Assembly (NCBI GenBank): GCA_951406725.2
Contig: OX597815.1
Coordinates: forward strand, 134,354,001-134,418,000
Source: Octopus vulgaris
Lineage: Eukaryota
Direction of reading: 5' to 3'
Length of the DNA stretch: 64,000 bases
In this document: positions 38,651 through 51,265 of the stretch, one piece after another
Position numbering within the stretch: position 1 is the first letter of the stretch
How the letters are laid out: each line of letters opens with the position of its first letter
Notes under the pieces: model-generated
The model's database searches: none
What the model was told of the DNA's origin: nothing
Seen by the model: only the letters and a program-made list of their open reading frames with translations
Made by a program: the position numbers and the translations under genes

Positions 38651-41215
38651 ACGCGCGCGCACTACCCACACACCAACAAACAAGAACAACCACATACACA
38701 CAGCTAGAGGAATAAGCACGCACGCGCGCGCACACAAACAAGAACAAGCACGCACACACACACAAATAAGAAAAAGCACGCACGCACAACCCATTAGCTT
38801 TCTCTTCCCATTGTCAACTGTCAGTTGACAAGACTCGTAATGAACCCCATACATATAATTAGTTACAGATTGTATATTCTAAGATGTTTATGTTTGGTTG
38901 TTAGCTGGAATTCAGCGGATTAGCAAACATTACTTTGTTGTTCCTCACCCACAAAAATTATTTACTGCCGAAATCAAGTTTGGTGTGAAACTAAATTTAC
39001 TTTTTTTCTCCTTTATGGTGGTGTCAGGAAGTAAATGATTTTTAGATACACTCGTTTATTCATCCGAACTTAACTGAGATGAAATATGTCATAAATAACA
39101 GGGACAAACGAAATATAACCGCCGGAAGTTGTTGACAAACAATAGCAGTAGTTTTATCCAGCTGAATACGTGTCACTGATTAGTTGAAATTACCGAAATA
39201 CGATAACTATAACATGAAATCACTTCGTAAATAGAAACTTTTTTCAACAACGCTAAGAGTAACAGGTGTTCTATAAGACACATTCTACTAGTATCCGAAG
39301 TTCGAAAATGTTTAGTTAAAAAAAAATTAATTTATCGACTTGCCGATCAAAAGAAAAAGATCCATATATGTAATCTAGGAATTCGAAGATATTTTTTTGA
39401 AAGAAATGCATTTTTCAAGGTGCAGTGCGAAACTGCACTAGCCCCCTTTTTTGTGTGTATGTGTATTTGTGTATGTTATGTATGTATGTGAATACGTATG
39501 TACTATATGTATTTTTGTGTATGTTTATGTTTACATTCCTAGCACCACAAATTTAGATCACTTTCTGCAGCAAATTCAAAACAACTGTATTTCACAAATA
39601 AAACTTAAATCTAATTAACCGATTTATATATATTTTTTACGTCTATCACCCCATTGTAACCACCCTAATTATTATCCCACTTTCCACCGCCCCGTCCAAA
39701 GGGGAACAACTGTTGTGAGTACATGAGTGTGTGCGTGCGGATATGTTTACTCCTGAAATAAGTCTAGAAGTACTGATAGAATTGTTAGCACACTAGGCAA
39801 AATGTTTCGCGGCATTTCTTCTGGCTTTATATTCTAAAGTTCCAAAGCTTCCAAGATCGATTTTGCTTTTTATCCTTTCGCCAGTTGAGCACTTATTTTA
39901 CTTACCTCGAAATTGGTGGCCTTGTGCCTATAGTAGAAAAGAGGGCAGATGTCAGCGATAGGTAGCATGCACGAGTTGAAATTTCTGTTTTGATGGGGAC
40001 TTTTCAGCCTTTTTTACACAGTGCCCTTGGAAATGATGAAGAGCATCTTTTTAGCAAAAACAAGTTTAAAAAAAAAAAATGTTTCTCACTTGTCCAGGTG
40101 GTCTTTCATTTTCAGTATTCTCGTTAGCTACATGGTCTTTGTGCATCCGTTGGTTATTTTTATTAATCTGTGTATATATATATATAAAACTGAGAATGTG
40201 TGTCTGTCTGTCTGTTTCCCTAAAACTTGAGAACTACACAATCAATTTCATTCAAATTTTACACATGCTTTACCGGGGAGTGTCATCGGCAAAAAAATCT
40301 TAACTTTTTCCCTAGGGCGACCCCACAGCAATATCATATCTTCTCCACTATTTCAGTATTACGTGTTAAAAGTGAAACAAAAACATCTCTCTTTTGTAAT
40401 GCAGACACTTTCATTTTAATACTGAAACTATTAAAGTGAAAGTATTATATAACAGGATGAACCATTAACAAGTGATCATCCATTTTGCTAGAAGAAGATC
40501 CGCTATGGTCTTATATGCTACACCACTGGTTTTTAATTCATATTAATCAAATCAATATTCAATTTTTCACCCTTATTATGTGTGTGTGTGTGTGTATTAG
40601 CAATTCGTATAAAATTGCATCAATGACTTGAATTTGAATAAGTGGTTTCACATAAATGGGGATAAATTAAAAAGGTTTGTTGTTATTATTACTGTTTGAC
40701 TATTGTAATCACGTTTGTTGGTTCCTCGTCAGGGAAACGTTGTTGTATTGCATTTGTTAAATAATTGTAAACCGTAACCCTCCCCCTTTCGGAGAAGGGG
40801 CTTTGGTTATTGTTTAAAAATTGAATTGTGTCACTGTTTGGGGAAATTTACAATATTTTCACCGTTTTTACGGAAGCATTTTTGTTAAAATGCCTTCGAT
40901 AGAAGAAAGTCAAAAAATGAATTTCGCTGCAGCCGTACACTTCTATACAAGAGGGAGGACAAGATCTAATTGATCGAAATTGCAAGAGACGGGCCTACAA
41001 TTCCAGTCTATTATATATTTTGAGTATTGTTATCACTAGCAATATCAAGATATAACTTTGTATTTTGTATTTTATGTGTAGATGTATATATATAGATGTA
41101 AATGTAATATGTACACATATATATATACACATATATACATGCATAATATATCTACCCATACACACATACGCACACACACACACATACATAGCGGCAGGTG
41201 TGGCTGTGTGGTAAC

Positions 41216-41431
41216 TGTTATGTGTAGTTTGAGTTCTCATGGGATAGACAACCAATTGAAAACCATTGTTATTGTTACGTGTTTATTTACTTTTCATGAT
41301 ACACGGACACGACATTCAGCGTAGTAATACATTATATACTTTACACACAGTTGTACTGTTCACTAACAAATAGTGCCAAGAGTGGGGATGTAGTTTGGCA
41401 TACGCAAACACATAGATATGAACGTGTAACA
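41216..41431 (-). repeat. Gypsy 3' LTR (216 bp), with the polypurine tract AAGAAGGGA at 41440-41432
   Basis: Differs from the 5' LTR by about 3 substitutions and 1 indel (counted by eye). Confidence 0.95.
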
Positions 41432-41699
41432 TCCCTTCTTGAAAAAAAATAAAGGGGTCTTCTGGCAGTGAAGACAATTATGAGTAGTCTCCCTTGCTCT
41501 ATGTATTGTCAGCCTGAGGTGGCAATCCTACAGCAGAAGTCGTGAGATTATTCTGCGTCTGCTTTGTAGTCTAGCTGAATTAGATACTTCTCTTTTCATT
41601 TTCTTTTCTTTAACGGTATCGAACCGGTGGCAGAATATTCTTTCTCCATCTGGTGGATCTTGTGCTTCGCACCGGTGTCTGAGGTGTGTTGTTGGGCTG

Positions 41700-44293
41700 C
41701 TAATAGGTGGTTTGTGCACGTTGGGGTGATGATTCTGTGGGTGTTGTCACTAATGCAGCAGGTGTTGTACACGTTGTCCTCGACAGCTCTGGTGTTGGGC
41801 GGATGTGGGCCCTGTTGCGTCTCAGCTGCCTACCAGATTCCGTTTCTATTATATATGATCTTGGAGTTTCATCTCTACCGACAACCTGTGCTGGGATCCA
41901 TGTTTTAGTTATGGGAACTTGAGTATGCACATGTTGTCCTCCAAGTATCTCAGGTAAATATTGTGCATGTTTGTTGTAATACCTCTGTGATTGTTCTTGA
42001 GTGGCTGCTAGCTTTGCCCTTGTCTCTTCCTGGTCAATAGGAGGTTGGATCTTAGTTGGCAGAGTAGTTTTGTACTTCCTGCCATTTAGCAATTCTGCTG
42101 GGGATTTCATATCAGCTCTCAGTGGTGTCGCTCGTAGGGACAGAAGTGCCAGGTGTGGGTCTTCCTTAGTCTCTCGGCATTTGACTAATGTTCTCTTCAC
42201 TGTCTGCACCTGTCTTTCTATAAACCCATGGCCTTTGGGGTAGTGTGGAGATGAAGTTGTAATATTGAACCCATACTCATCGGCTAGCTTTTTGAATTCT
42301 TGTGATGTGAACTGGGTTCCATTGTCACATATGATCTGCTCTGGTATTCCTTGCTCTGCTAGGAGTCCTCGAGCCACTGTAGTGATTGTTTTGGCTGTCA
42401 GGTCTTTCACTTTTCTCACAAATGGAAATTTGGAGTAGTAGCAGGCCATTATTAAATACCATTCTTGGCCCTCTGTGAATAGATCTACTCCAATAGTTTG
42501 CCATGGCCTTCTTGGGATGTCACTAGATATCATTTCTTCCTTTTGTTGTGAGGTTCTGTACTTTTGACAGATGTGGCATGTAGAAACTATCTTTTCTATG
42601 TCTTTGTACATACCTACCCAATATACTGCTGACTTGGCTCGGAGCTTGCATTTCTCCATTCCGAGATGCCCTTGGTGGATCTTGTCAAGAATATCTTGTT
42701 GCATTGACTTGGATATAATTATTTGGGATCCAGCCATCAGGATTCCATTCTCCACTGATATATCACCATGGATGGCCCAATATTCACGAATCAGGGGTTG
42801 CACCTGATGTCTCTTTTCTGGCCACCCCTGAATCACCATCTGAGTAAGGAGCTGAAGTTCTTCATCTTTGCTGGTCTCCTCTTTGATTTCCGCTAGCTTT
42901 GTGGTTGTCACATTTACAATGTGGTGGACCTTTATGCTTAGTCCTTCCATCTCCTGTTTATCATGTGAGGATAGTCTGGAAAGAGCATCCGCCAATATCA
43001 TGTCTTTTCCTGGCTTGTACCTGATATCATAGTCATATGTTTGAAGCCTTAACAGTAATCTTTGCAGTCTGGCTGGTGCTTTCATGAGGTTTTTTCTATG
43101 TATTTGTTCTAGCGGGCGATGGTCTGTTTCTATATTGAAATCTCTGCCATACAGGTATGTATGGAACTTTTCGCATCCATATACTACTGCCAGGAGTTCC
43201 CTTTCAATATTCGCGTACCTTGTCTCTGTGGGTGAGAGAGCTTTCGAGGCATATGCAATAGGTTTACCTTCCTGTATCAGTGCTGCGCCAACTCCTCTCA
43301 TAGAAACATCGACTTGGAGTGTTACTGGTTTGCGTCTGTCATAGTATTGCAGAGTTGTCTCCTTACTGATGAGCTTTTTGATTGCGTTGAAATCCTGTGT
43401 GTGTGAAGCACACCAATCAAACTCTACGTCATCTTTGTTTAGTTCTCGGAGATTTGCAGTGTGATCGGCCAGCTTGGGTATGAAGGCTCCCATGTAGTTG
43501 ATGAGTCCCAGGAAGCTCCTGAGTTCCTTCCTGTCTTTAGGATCTTTAATGTCTCTGATGGCTTCCACTTTAGCGGGGTCTGGCTTAACTCCCTCTGCAG
43601 AGTATATAATTCCAAAGAATTTGCACTCCTTTTCCTTTATTATACACTTTCTGCATTGAGTTTGATGCCTGCTTGTCGGGTTTTCTCCATAGCTTCATGT
43701 AAATTGAAGTCATGTGTAGTCTCATCCTTGCCATGCACTTGGATGTCATCTGCTATTCCAATTGCTCCCTTGCAGCCTTGGTATGTCTCATCTATTTTGT
43801 GCTGGAAAACATCTTGGCTCACCTTCAATCCAAATGGGAGTCGGTTGAACCGATATCTGCCAAATGGTGTGTTGGAGGTAGTGAGCATGGATGACTCTTT
43901 GTCTATTTTTATATTCCAGTACCCATTGCTGGCATCCAGTTTACTGAATATTTTGGATCCAGCCAATGATGGTGTGATTTCTTCAAGGGTTGGAAATGGA
44001 TGGTACTCCCTTTTTAATGCCTTGTTCAAGTCCCTTGGGTCGAGGCATATCCGTAGGGTACCATTGGGTTTTTCCTTGATCACAATTGAATTTACCCTGT
44101 CTGTTGGTCGTGTCACTTTGGTGATTATTTCCTTTTTGTCCAACTCTGTCTTCAGCTTCTCTTTTAGTTCTAGAGGGATGCGGCGAGGTGGGTGAACAAT
44201 TGGTTTGATATTGGGGTCGACTGTTATATGATATCGACATTTCACAAAGTACCCGACTGTATCGTCAAAGCATTCAGGGTACATGCTTATCAT
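41700..44293 (-). pseudogene. Gypsy pol (RT 43640-44293; RNase H and integrase 41700-43568), frameshifted, protease absent
   Basis: RT motifs LDASNGYW, RLPFGL, IADDI. RNase H motifs LQVDVS, ERELLA, TDHRPL. Integrase motifs HQGH..CHIC, GVDLF, CDNGTQF, GFIER. Confidence 0.92.
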
Positions 44294-44350
44294 TTCCTCT
44301 TCTATTTCTGCTCCTCTTTGAAAATTGGGGCTTGTATCTCTGGGATTTTG

Positions 44351-45085
44351 TTACCCTACACATTTTTCCCAGTGGTTAAGTTTTCCACATGTTTTGCAGT
44401 GTGTACCGAATGCAGGACATTTTTCCCGGTTATTAAATTCATGCTCTGTATCACAGTACTGGCATGTTCTTTGTTTGTGGGTATGTGTCCTGTGCCTAGA
44501 TACAGCATCTACACTGCTACCTAGTGAGCTTGTTTGTAAGCTAAGTGAGGCCATCTGTTTTGTTGTGGCTTCGAATGCTCTTGCAGTGTCTACTGCTTCT
44601 ACCAACTGGAGAGCGTCCTTACCTATTAGTGATTTTTGTACTTCTTTGTGGGCACACCCCCATATTATTTGGTCTACAATTCTCTCCTCCCTGTCTTTGA
44701 ATTTGCATTTCTCTGCAACATTTTTCAGTCTTGACAGGAAATTGTCAATTGTTTCTTGTGGGTCTTGTTTCAGGCCCTGGAATTCGTATCTGTGAATTCT
44801 ATGGTTCGACCTGGGCTCTAGGTGCCTTTCAAATTTCTCAAGAAGTGTGTCTGGGTTATTGCAGTCCGATTCTGACATATCCCAGCTATTGAATTGGTCT
44901 ATTCCTTTATTACCTGACCATAAAAGGATATAGCTTACCTTCTCATCGTCAGTTGTGCCTTTCAGGAAACTTTTGAAAGCTAGTTGGGTTTTCTGTTTAA
45001 ACTTTTTAGATGCTTCCAAAATATCATCGGAGTCCCAATTCATAATCGGATGTAGATTCCGCTGTACGGCGACGGGGGTCGCCAT
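44351..45085 (-). CDS. Gypsy gag with two CCHC-type zinc knuckles
   Basis: QDPQETIDNFLSRL capsid motif. C-terminal CQYCDTEH..CPAFGTHCKTCGKLNHWEKC. Confidence 0.85.
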   Translation of the reverse strand: MATPVAVQRNLHPIMNWDSDDILEASKKFKQKTQLAFKSFLKGTTDDEKVSYILLWSGNKGIDQFNSWDMSESDCNNPDTLLEKFERHLEPRSNHRIHRYEFQGLKQDPQETIDNFLSRLKNVAEKCKFKDREERIVDQIIWGCAHKEVQKSLIGKDALQLVEAVDTARAFEATTKQMASLSLQTSSLGSSVDAVSRHRTHTHKQRTCQYCDTEHEFNNREKCPAFGTHCKTCGKLNHWEKCVG

Positions 45086-45196
45086 CTTGGATCGTCGTGT
45101 TTGTTATCCTAAGACGAAGCGATGTTTTGTTTGTTAATTTCCTGGTTCGTTGCGTTTCTGATTTGTTGTAAAGGCACAGTTTCCGTTTAATTATTT

Positions 45197-45209
45197 ACCG
45201 CTGCCACCA
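45197..45209 (-). promoter_or_regulatory. Primer-binding site complementary to the tRNA-Leu 3' end
   Basis: TGGTGGCAGCGGT directly inside the 5' LTR. It matches the ACCGCTGCCACCA end of eukaryotic tRNA-Leu(AAG/UAG). Confidence 0.8.
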
Positions 45210-45426
45210 TGTTATGTGTAGTTTGGGTTCTCATGGGATAGACAACCAATTGAAAACCATTGTTATTGTTACGTATTTATTTACTTTTCATGATACACGG
45301 ACACGACATTCAGCGTAGTAATACATTATATACTTTACACACAGTTGTACTGTTCACTAACAAAATAGTGCCAAGAGTGGGGATGTAGTTTGGCATACGC
45401 AAACACATAGATATGAATGTGTAACA
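45210..45426 (-). repeat. Gypsy 5' LTR (217 bp)
   Basis: Direct repeat of 41216-41431, followed on the minus strand by the PBS. Confidence 0.95.
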
Positions 45427-45639
45427 TAACAAACTACGTTCCAAACACATGGTCCTGGGTTCAGTCCCACTGTGTGGTGACTTGGCATGTGTCTTCTGCT
45501 GTAGCCTCAGACCAACAAAAGCCTTCTCAGTGGATTTTGTACATATATACAGGCATACATACATATATATACATGCATACGTATATATTCGGCATAAACA
45601 CTCTACCACTACAACTAATAACTGTTGGGAACACTTTCA

Positions 45640-48474
45640 AACCTGCCTTACATTCGAACCGGAATCTCAACGCCCGAGTTTTCCATCTGAAGTTAATCTC
45701 TCTCTCATGGAGCTCATACAAAAAGGGCAAGTCTTTGGGCCCATACAATGTGACATCTACACAATCGAGTGGAAAAAAAGGGGCCTTCCACATGCTCATA
45801 TCCTGCTTTGGCTCTCAGCGAAGATCAATTCCAATGACATCGACAACATAATCTCTGCAGAGCTTCCTGATTCAGCTTTAGACAAAGAACTATACGAAAT
45901 AGTTAAAGCAAACATGGTACATGGTCCATGTGGGCGTGGATTCAACATAAACTCACCATGCTTGAAGGACAGCATATGTTCAAAAAGATTTCCAAGGAGG
46001 TTCCTACAAGAAACTCAGACAGGTGCTGATGGGTATCCATCATACAGACGTAGAAAACCAGAAGACGGAGGTTTCACAGCAACTATCGGACAGCACAATA
46101 TTGATAATATATGGATTGTTCCATACTGCCCACTCCTGTCAAAGACTTTCAATGACCACATCAGCGTTGAGTTTTGCAACTCCAATAAATCCATCAAGTA
46201 CGTTTGCAAATATGTAAACAAGGGTTCTGACGCTGCAATGTTTGGACGGTACATAAGTAGCAACGAGGCTTTCTGGCGCATCTTTGGCTTTCCAATTCAA
46301 CAACGACACCGCGCCATTCAACAGCTTGCAGTGCACCTGGAAAATGGTCAAAGAGTGTACTTCACCGATGCTAATGCTTCTCTGTTGGCAGAGGAACCAA
46401 GGGATAGCACACTCACTGCCTTCTTCAAGCTTTGTCAAGTGGATCCATTCGCTCAAACCTTGCTGTTTCCACAGATTCCATCGTACTACACTTGGAATGG
46501 AAAAAAATGGGCCCCACGGAAATCAGGTCAAAATGTTCATGGATACCCTGGCATTAAGTTTCACACTTGCCTTGGGCGAGTATACACAGTGCATCCCACT
46601 CAACAAGAGTGCTTCTACCTTCGTCTACTGCATGAGATCAGAGGGCCAACGTCTTTCCAGGCCCTAAAAACCGTTCATGGACATGTCTGCACAACATACA
46701 GAGAAGCCTGCTATCGACAAGGTCTGTTAGAAGATGGTGCACAATGGGGTGCAACTTTAGGAGAGGCTGCTTTATCACAATCACCTAAAGGTCTCAGGGC
46801 ACTATTTGCAGTATTACTACAGGTATGCGAACTGTGTGATCCGGTCACTCTATGGCTCAAATATAGAGACAACGTGGCTGAAGACCTTCAGCGCCAAGCT
46901 CAACTGCTCTATCCTGACATGGAGAGTATCAGCAATGAAATCTATAACAAAACACTCATTGACATTGAAGACAGAATTGCTAAACTGGGTAGAAATGAAT
47001 TGTCGACGTATGGCCTGCCACAAGCATTCAGGTCAGGGTTAAATAGCCTTCCCACTGCTGTCATTCGTGAAACAACCTACGACACTCAAGCGCTTTCAAA
47101 GTACATTGTTGAAAATGAGCCTAAATTACTTCCGGACCAGCTGCAGGCCTACAGAACTATTCTTAACAATGTACGCCAACGCGAGGGACGAATCTTCTTC
47201 CTCGATGCTCCTGGAGGGACAGGAAAAACATTTATTACAAAGCTTCTCCTTGCAGAAGTTAGGCAGCATCAGGACATTGCAGTAGCTGTAGCCTCCTCTG
47301 GCATTGCAGCTACTTTGTTACCCGGTGACAGGACAGCACACTCAACTTTTAAACTCCCTCTCAACTTAGCAGCATCCGAAATTCCTTCATGCAATATTAA
47401 CAAAAGCTCAGATCAGGGACAAGTACTTAAAATATGTCATCTAATTGTCTGGGATGAGTGCACTATGACTCACAAAGGAGCTTTGGAAGCATTAGATAGA
47501 GCCCTGAAAGACATCCGAGACTGTCAGGCTCCAATGGGAGGTGTAACGCTTCTGTTGTCAGGTGATTTCAAGCAAACTCTTCCTGTCATTCCGAAAGACA
47601 CTAGAGCAGATGAAGTCCAAGCATGCCTGTGGCATCATGTTACAATCCTCAGTCTCACCACTAACATGAGAGCTCAGCTACACGGCGACAAAATGTCCAC
47701 AAAGTTTGCACAGGACATTTTGACACTTGGTGAAGGCAAGATGCCTCTCGATGCTGCAGGACAAATGGAAGTGTGGTCATTTTCCTCTGTTGTTAATTCT
47801 GTAGATGGCCTCAAAAACAAAGTGTTTCCCAACTTCACACAAAACTACCAAAATCACAATTGACTGTGTGAAAGAGCAATATTAGCTCCAAAAACCGTTG
47901 CTGTTAACAAAATTAATCAACAGCTAATGCATTCTCTTCCCGGCACTATACACACTTACAAGTCTGTTGATACAATTCCAGATATAAATGAATTTCTGAA
48001 CTATCCTCCTGAATTTCTCAATTCACTGGAGCCTCCTGGACTACATCCACACATATTAGCACTTAAAGTTGGAACTCCTGTAATGCTAGTCCGCAATCTG
48101 GAACCACCAAGACTTTGCAATGGAACACGACTGGTGATAAAGAAAATGATGTCACACGTTATCGAGGCGATCATTCTTTCTGGATGTGGAAAAGGTGATG
48201 ACGTCTTTATTCCAAGAATTCCTCTTACTCCATCAGGAGCAGAAATTCCATTTACATTCAGAAGAATGCAATTCTCCCTTCGTGTCAGCTTTGCCATGTC
48301 CATTAACAAATATCAGGGTCAAACCCTCTCTGTAGCTGGTTTTCTCTTGTAAGAGCACTGCTTCTCGTATGGGCAACTGTATGTTGGCTAATCAAGAGTA
48401 GGAACCAAAAGAAACCTTTTTGTATATGCTCCACAAGGAAAAACAAGGAACATTGTTTACAACGAGGTGTTATA
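45640..48474 (+). pseudogene. Helitron RepHel (HUH Rep plus PIF1 helicase), N-terminally truncated, with stops
   Basis: Rep motifs IEWKKRGLPHAHILL (HUH) and KYVCKYVNKG (Y2). SF1B/PIF1 motifs DAPGGTGKT, VASSGIAATLL, WDECTM, GDFKQTLPV, FAMSINK.QGQT. Premature stops at 47863, 48352 and later. Confidence 0.92.
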
Positions 48475-48536
48475 ATCTCAACAGCCAGGAGGTATATACA
48501 TGATCCCCTTTTTTTTTAACAACCTCTATGTACTTT

Positions 48537-48538
<2 letters not shown>

Positions 48539-48597
<59 letters not shown>

Positions 48598-48618
48598 GTC
48601 CATATATATATATATATA
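48539..48618. repeat. (TG)n/(TA)n microsatellite, representative of many
   Basis: Long (TA)n also at about 497-533, 1382-1421, 2575-2623, 8196-8224, 62712-62748. (TATG)n at about 8780-8850. Confidence 0.95.
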
Positions 48619-49722
48619 ACAGAAAAGTTTAATTCTTCAATTGAATGTAACCGGGCAACGCCGGGTATCTCTGCTAGTAATAATAATAATGTGTATGACT
48701 TGGGATGTTTGTCTTGCCTTAGCGTTTGTTGTCCTCTTTAACAAATATATATCTGCTATATTGGAAATCTACAATGGTTCCATAACTCCCCTCTCAGCTA
48801 TGAGCTTGGAGCTCTGGTAATCCGTTACAGCACTTATCCAGCGTACCTAGTTGTTTAGATCACCAGTGATCTAAACCTCCATATTTTGTGTGTGTGTGTG
48901 TGTGTGTCTGTGTTTGTTCCCCCACCAAGCTTGACAACCGATGCTGGTGTGTTTACGTCCCCGTAACTTAGCGGTTCGGCAAAAAGAGACCGCTAGAATA
49001 AGTACTACGCATACAAAAAATAAGTCCTGGGGTCGATTTGCTTGACTAAAAGGTGATGCTCCAGCATGACCGCAGTCAAATGACTGAAACTAGTAAAAGA
49101 ATAAAAGAATTGTATCTATTTCCTATCCATTTTCTAGCCTTTTCTTTCTTCTTGTTTGCAAAACCTTTCCTATCTTTTTCAATCTGTCTTTCTCTCTACT
49201 TATCTGCTTTCTTTCTCTCTTTACTACCCTTCATTTCTTCCTCGGTTTATCTATAGCTGTCAACTACCTCCTGTCTATCTTTATTTCCTTCTTTCTCTAC
49301 ACTCCCTCTTCCTTCCTGCCTGCTCTCCTCAGTTTGTAGGGCTCACCCCCTTCATTTTCTTTTTGGTGCCACATGACCATTCAATATTTCTATCATTCAT
49401 CCTCTTTTCTGTTTGACCATTGCCTAAGTAAAAGGTTTATTTTTTCCAGCTCCAGCCTAGCACTCACTTCATTTCCTTGATCTACCTTTACACTTTTCAT
49501 GTTATCTTTTTTTTTCTGTTTTTATTCCATTCTATTCCATCTTTTTATCCTTCCTTTGAGTTCTTTAGGATATAGTTCCCTCTAACCGTTACTACTAATT
49601 ATATCTTAAAGCCGTAGTATAGGCAAAAGACATCATATATTGACGACTTGCATTCTTTATCTTGTCCTAATTCTGTCCTATTATCAAAAGGTTTCCTGCG
49701 CATATATATATATATATAACAG

Positions 49723-49757
<35 letters not shown>

Positions 49758-50176
49758 ATGCGTGCGCATATTCCTTATGGTTTTGAAAATTGGGATTCCG
49801 ATTTTGACGTATCAAAAGATTCGGTAATCTTTTGGCTACCAAATAAAGTATGCTTTTTGCACTACTCTTTTTTACTGCAAAAATAACCTCCAAAACGCGG
49901 TCGGGTCACACAATTTTGAGGTCTTTAGCTAAGGGAGGCAACTCTGCCAGAACAATCTTTAGGTATTAGATATGATGAGGGAATGAAACTTCGAAGATAT
50001 ACTGTCAACTTTATTAGTATCATTTAGTAGATAAACTTTTAATGTGGAGTATGTTTGTCTGTGCTTTGTTTAGGCCTGAGTTGCTTTTGATGTAGCAGAT
50101 CCACCACAGTTTTTTTTCTTCCTGAAATATTGTAAACCTGTAAATATTGTAAACCCTTTCTTTTGATGAAAGGGTG

Positions 50177-50575
50177 TGTAGTGACGCTACTGTGTAAATT
50201 TCAGCGCACATGGCGCAGAATTGGATTACCTCATGCGCATGCGCAGGAACTGCAACCTGAAAGCCTGACCGCTGAATCGGTCTTATCTGGCAGAGCAGCG
50301 CTAGCGGTCGGACGTGGCTTGACTTTCTCTCAGGGAACAACCCTACGCACAGAGAACCTCACCCCAACGAAACGGGAACGAACACGGAATCATCTTGACT
50401 CGCACGAGAGAACATTGTAACCTGTCCTGTGGATTCGGCTGCCGGTTTCCCCACAAGAAATACATGTGTACATGTTTTGCCTGTAAACCGCAGAATAAAC
50501 CACCACTTACTGTTATTGAAGACAGTCTGACTTTGTTTCTGTTTCTTCTAGTATATTTTACGTCAACTGACCACG
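50177..50575 (+). repeat. CpG-rich candidate solo LTR
   Basis: Starts TGTAGTG and ends GACCACG. Contains a GCGCATGCGC palindrome and an AATAAA near 50494. No clear TSD. Confidence 0.35.
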
Positions 50576-50725
50576 TGTATTTGTTTACATATGATCGTCG
50601 ATTTCTGTAAAAAAACTTTTATTTTTTTTACATATGGTGTTGCGGGGAAATGGGAGAACCGTAACATCGCCAGTCTGGCAAAGTACAGTTTCGTTTTTCA
50701 TTTGACACCCAACAATTTCCAGGTA

Positions 50726-50927
50726 TTACGGAGATGTACTTGCATAGCAAGTGATTTGATCTGAGATCGTGTGCTGAAACGAAAACAATTGCAGCGTAGA
50801 AGGTGTTTGTAAGCCATTTAAGAAACACAAAAGCCGTTCCATTCACTTCAACATTTAAGTTTAATTTGTCAAAATATTTTCGTCGCTTTAAGACCGCGAC
50901 CTGTTCACTGACAAAAATCCGTGCTGC
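50726..50927 (-). mobile_element. ~200-bp hammerhead-bearing element, copy 2
   Basis: Reverse complement of 37888-38089 with few differences. Stem II is intact in this copy. Confidence 0.8.
50865..50915 (-). ncRNA. Minimal type I hammerhead-like ribozyme with a G3:C8 core variant
   Basis: TTTGTCA-GTGAACA-G-GTCGC ggtcttaaa GCGAC-GAA-AATATT-T-TGACAAA: 7-bp stem I, 5-bp stem II, palindromic stem III. Confidence 0.6.
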
Positions 50928-51265
50928 ATCTGAGAAAGTAACAGTTCGTTCGTTATATACATGTATGTGTGTATGTATGTATGCACGCATGTGACAGATC
51001 ACAGACGAAGATAACACTAATTGTCTCGTATGAAATGGTTCACTGTGTTAACTTATGAGGCTCCTGTCAACGACCAAGTCTCTTCAATGTAAACTTATAG
51101 TAACCAAATTTCCCCCACGTAGAAATAAAACATTTCTATGAAGTAAAGGGTTACAGGCGATCTTTCGTTACAAGAACACTACAAACCACTTGTATTTGTT
51201 TACATATGATCGTCGATTTCCGTAAAAAACTTTTATTTTTTTACATATGGGGTTGCGGGGAAATG

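Larger units (their letters stand above)
41216..45426 (-). mobile_element. Ty3/Gypsy LTR retrotransposon (Mag-like), two LTRs, 4-bp TSD TAAC
   Basis: TG..CA LTRs at 41216-41431 and 45210-45426. TAAC at 41212-41215 and 45427-45430. Domain order gag, RT, RNase H, integrase. Confidence 0.95.
40167..48677 (+). mobile_element. Helitron 1 (contains a nested SINE and Gypsy element)
   Basis: A|TC..tatatatataaaactgagaatgtgtgtctgtc at the 5' end. 3' hairpin CCGGGCAACGCCGGG, then CTAG|T at 48674-48677. RepHel coding region inside. Confidence 0.8.

Noticed and set aside
39120-39365. ETS-like CCGGAAGT motif as the BAK-like promoter
   Set aside because: It lies in what looks like a repeat ending in AAAAGATCC. 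A single short motif is not enough evidence.
45449-45640. N-terminus of the 804-aa ORF as part of RepHel
   Set aside because: It derives from the SINE half and a microsatellite. Helitron-like sequence only begins near 45640.
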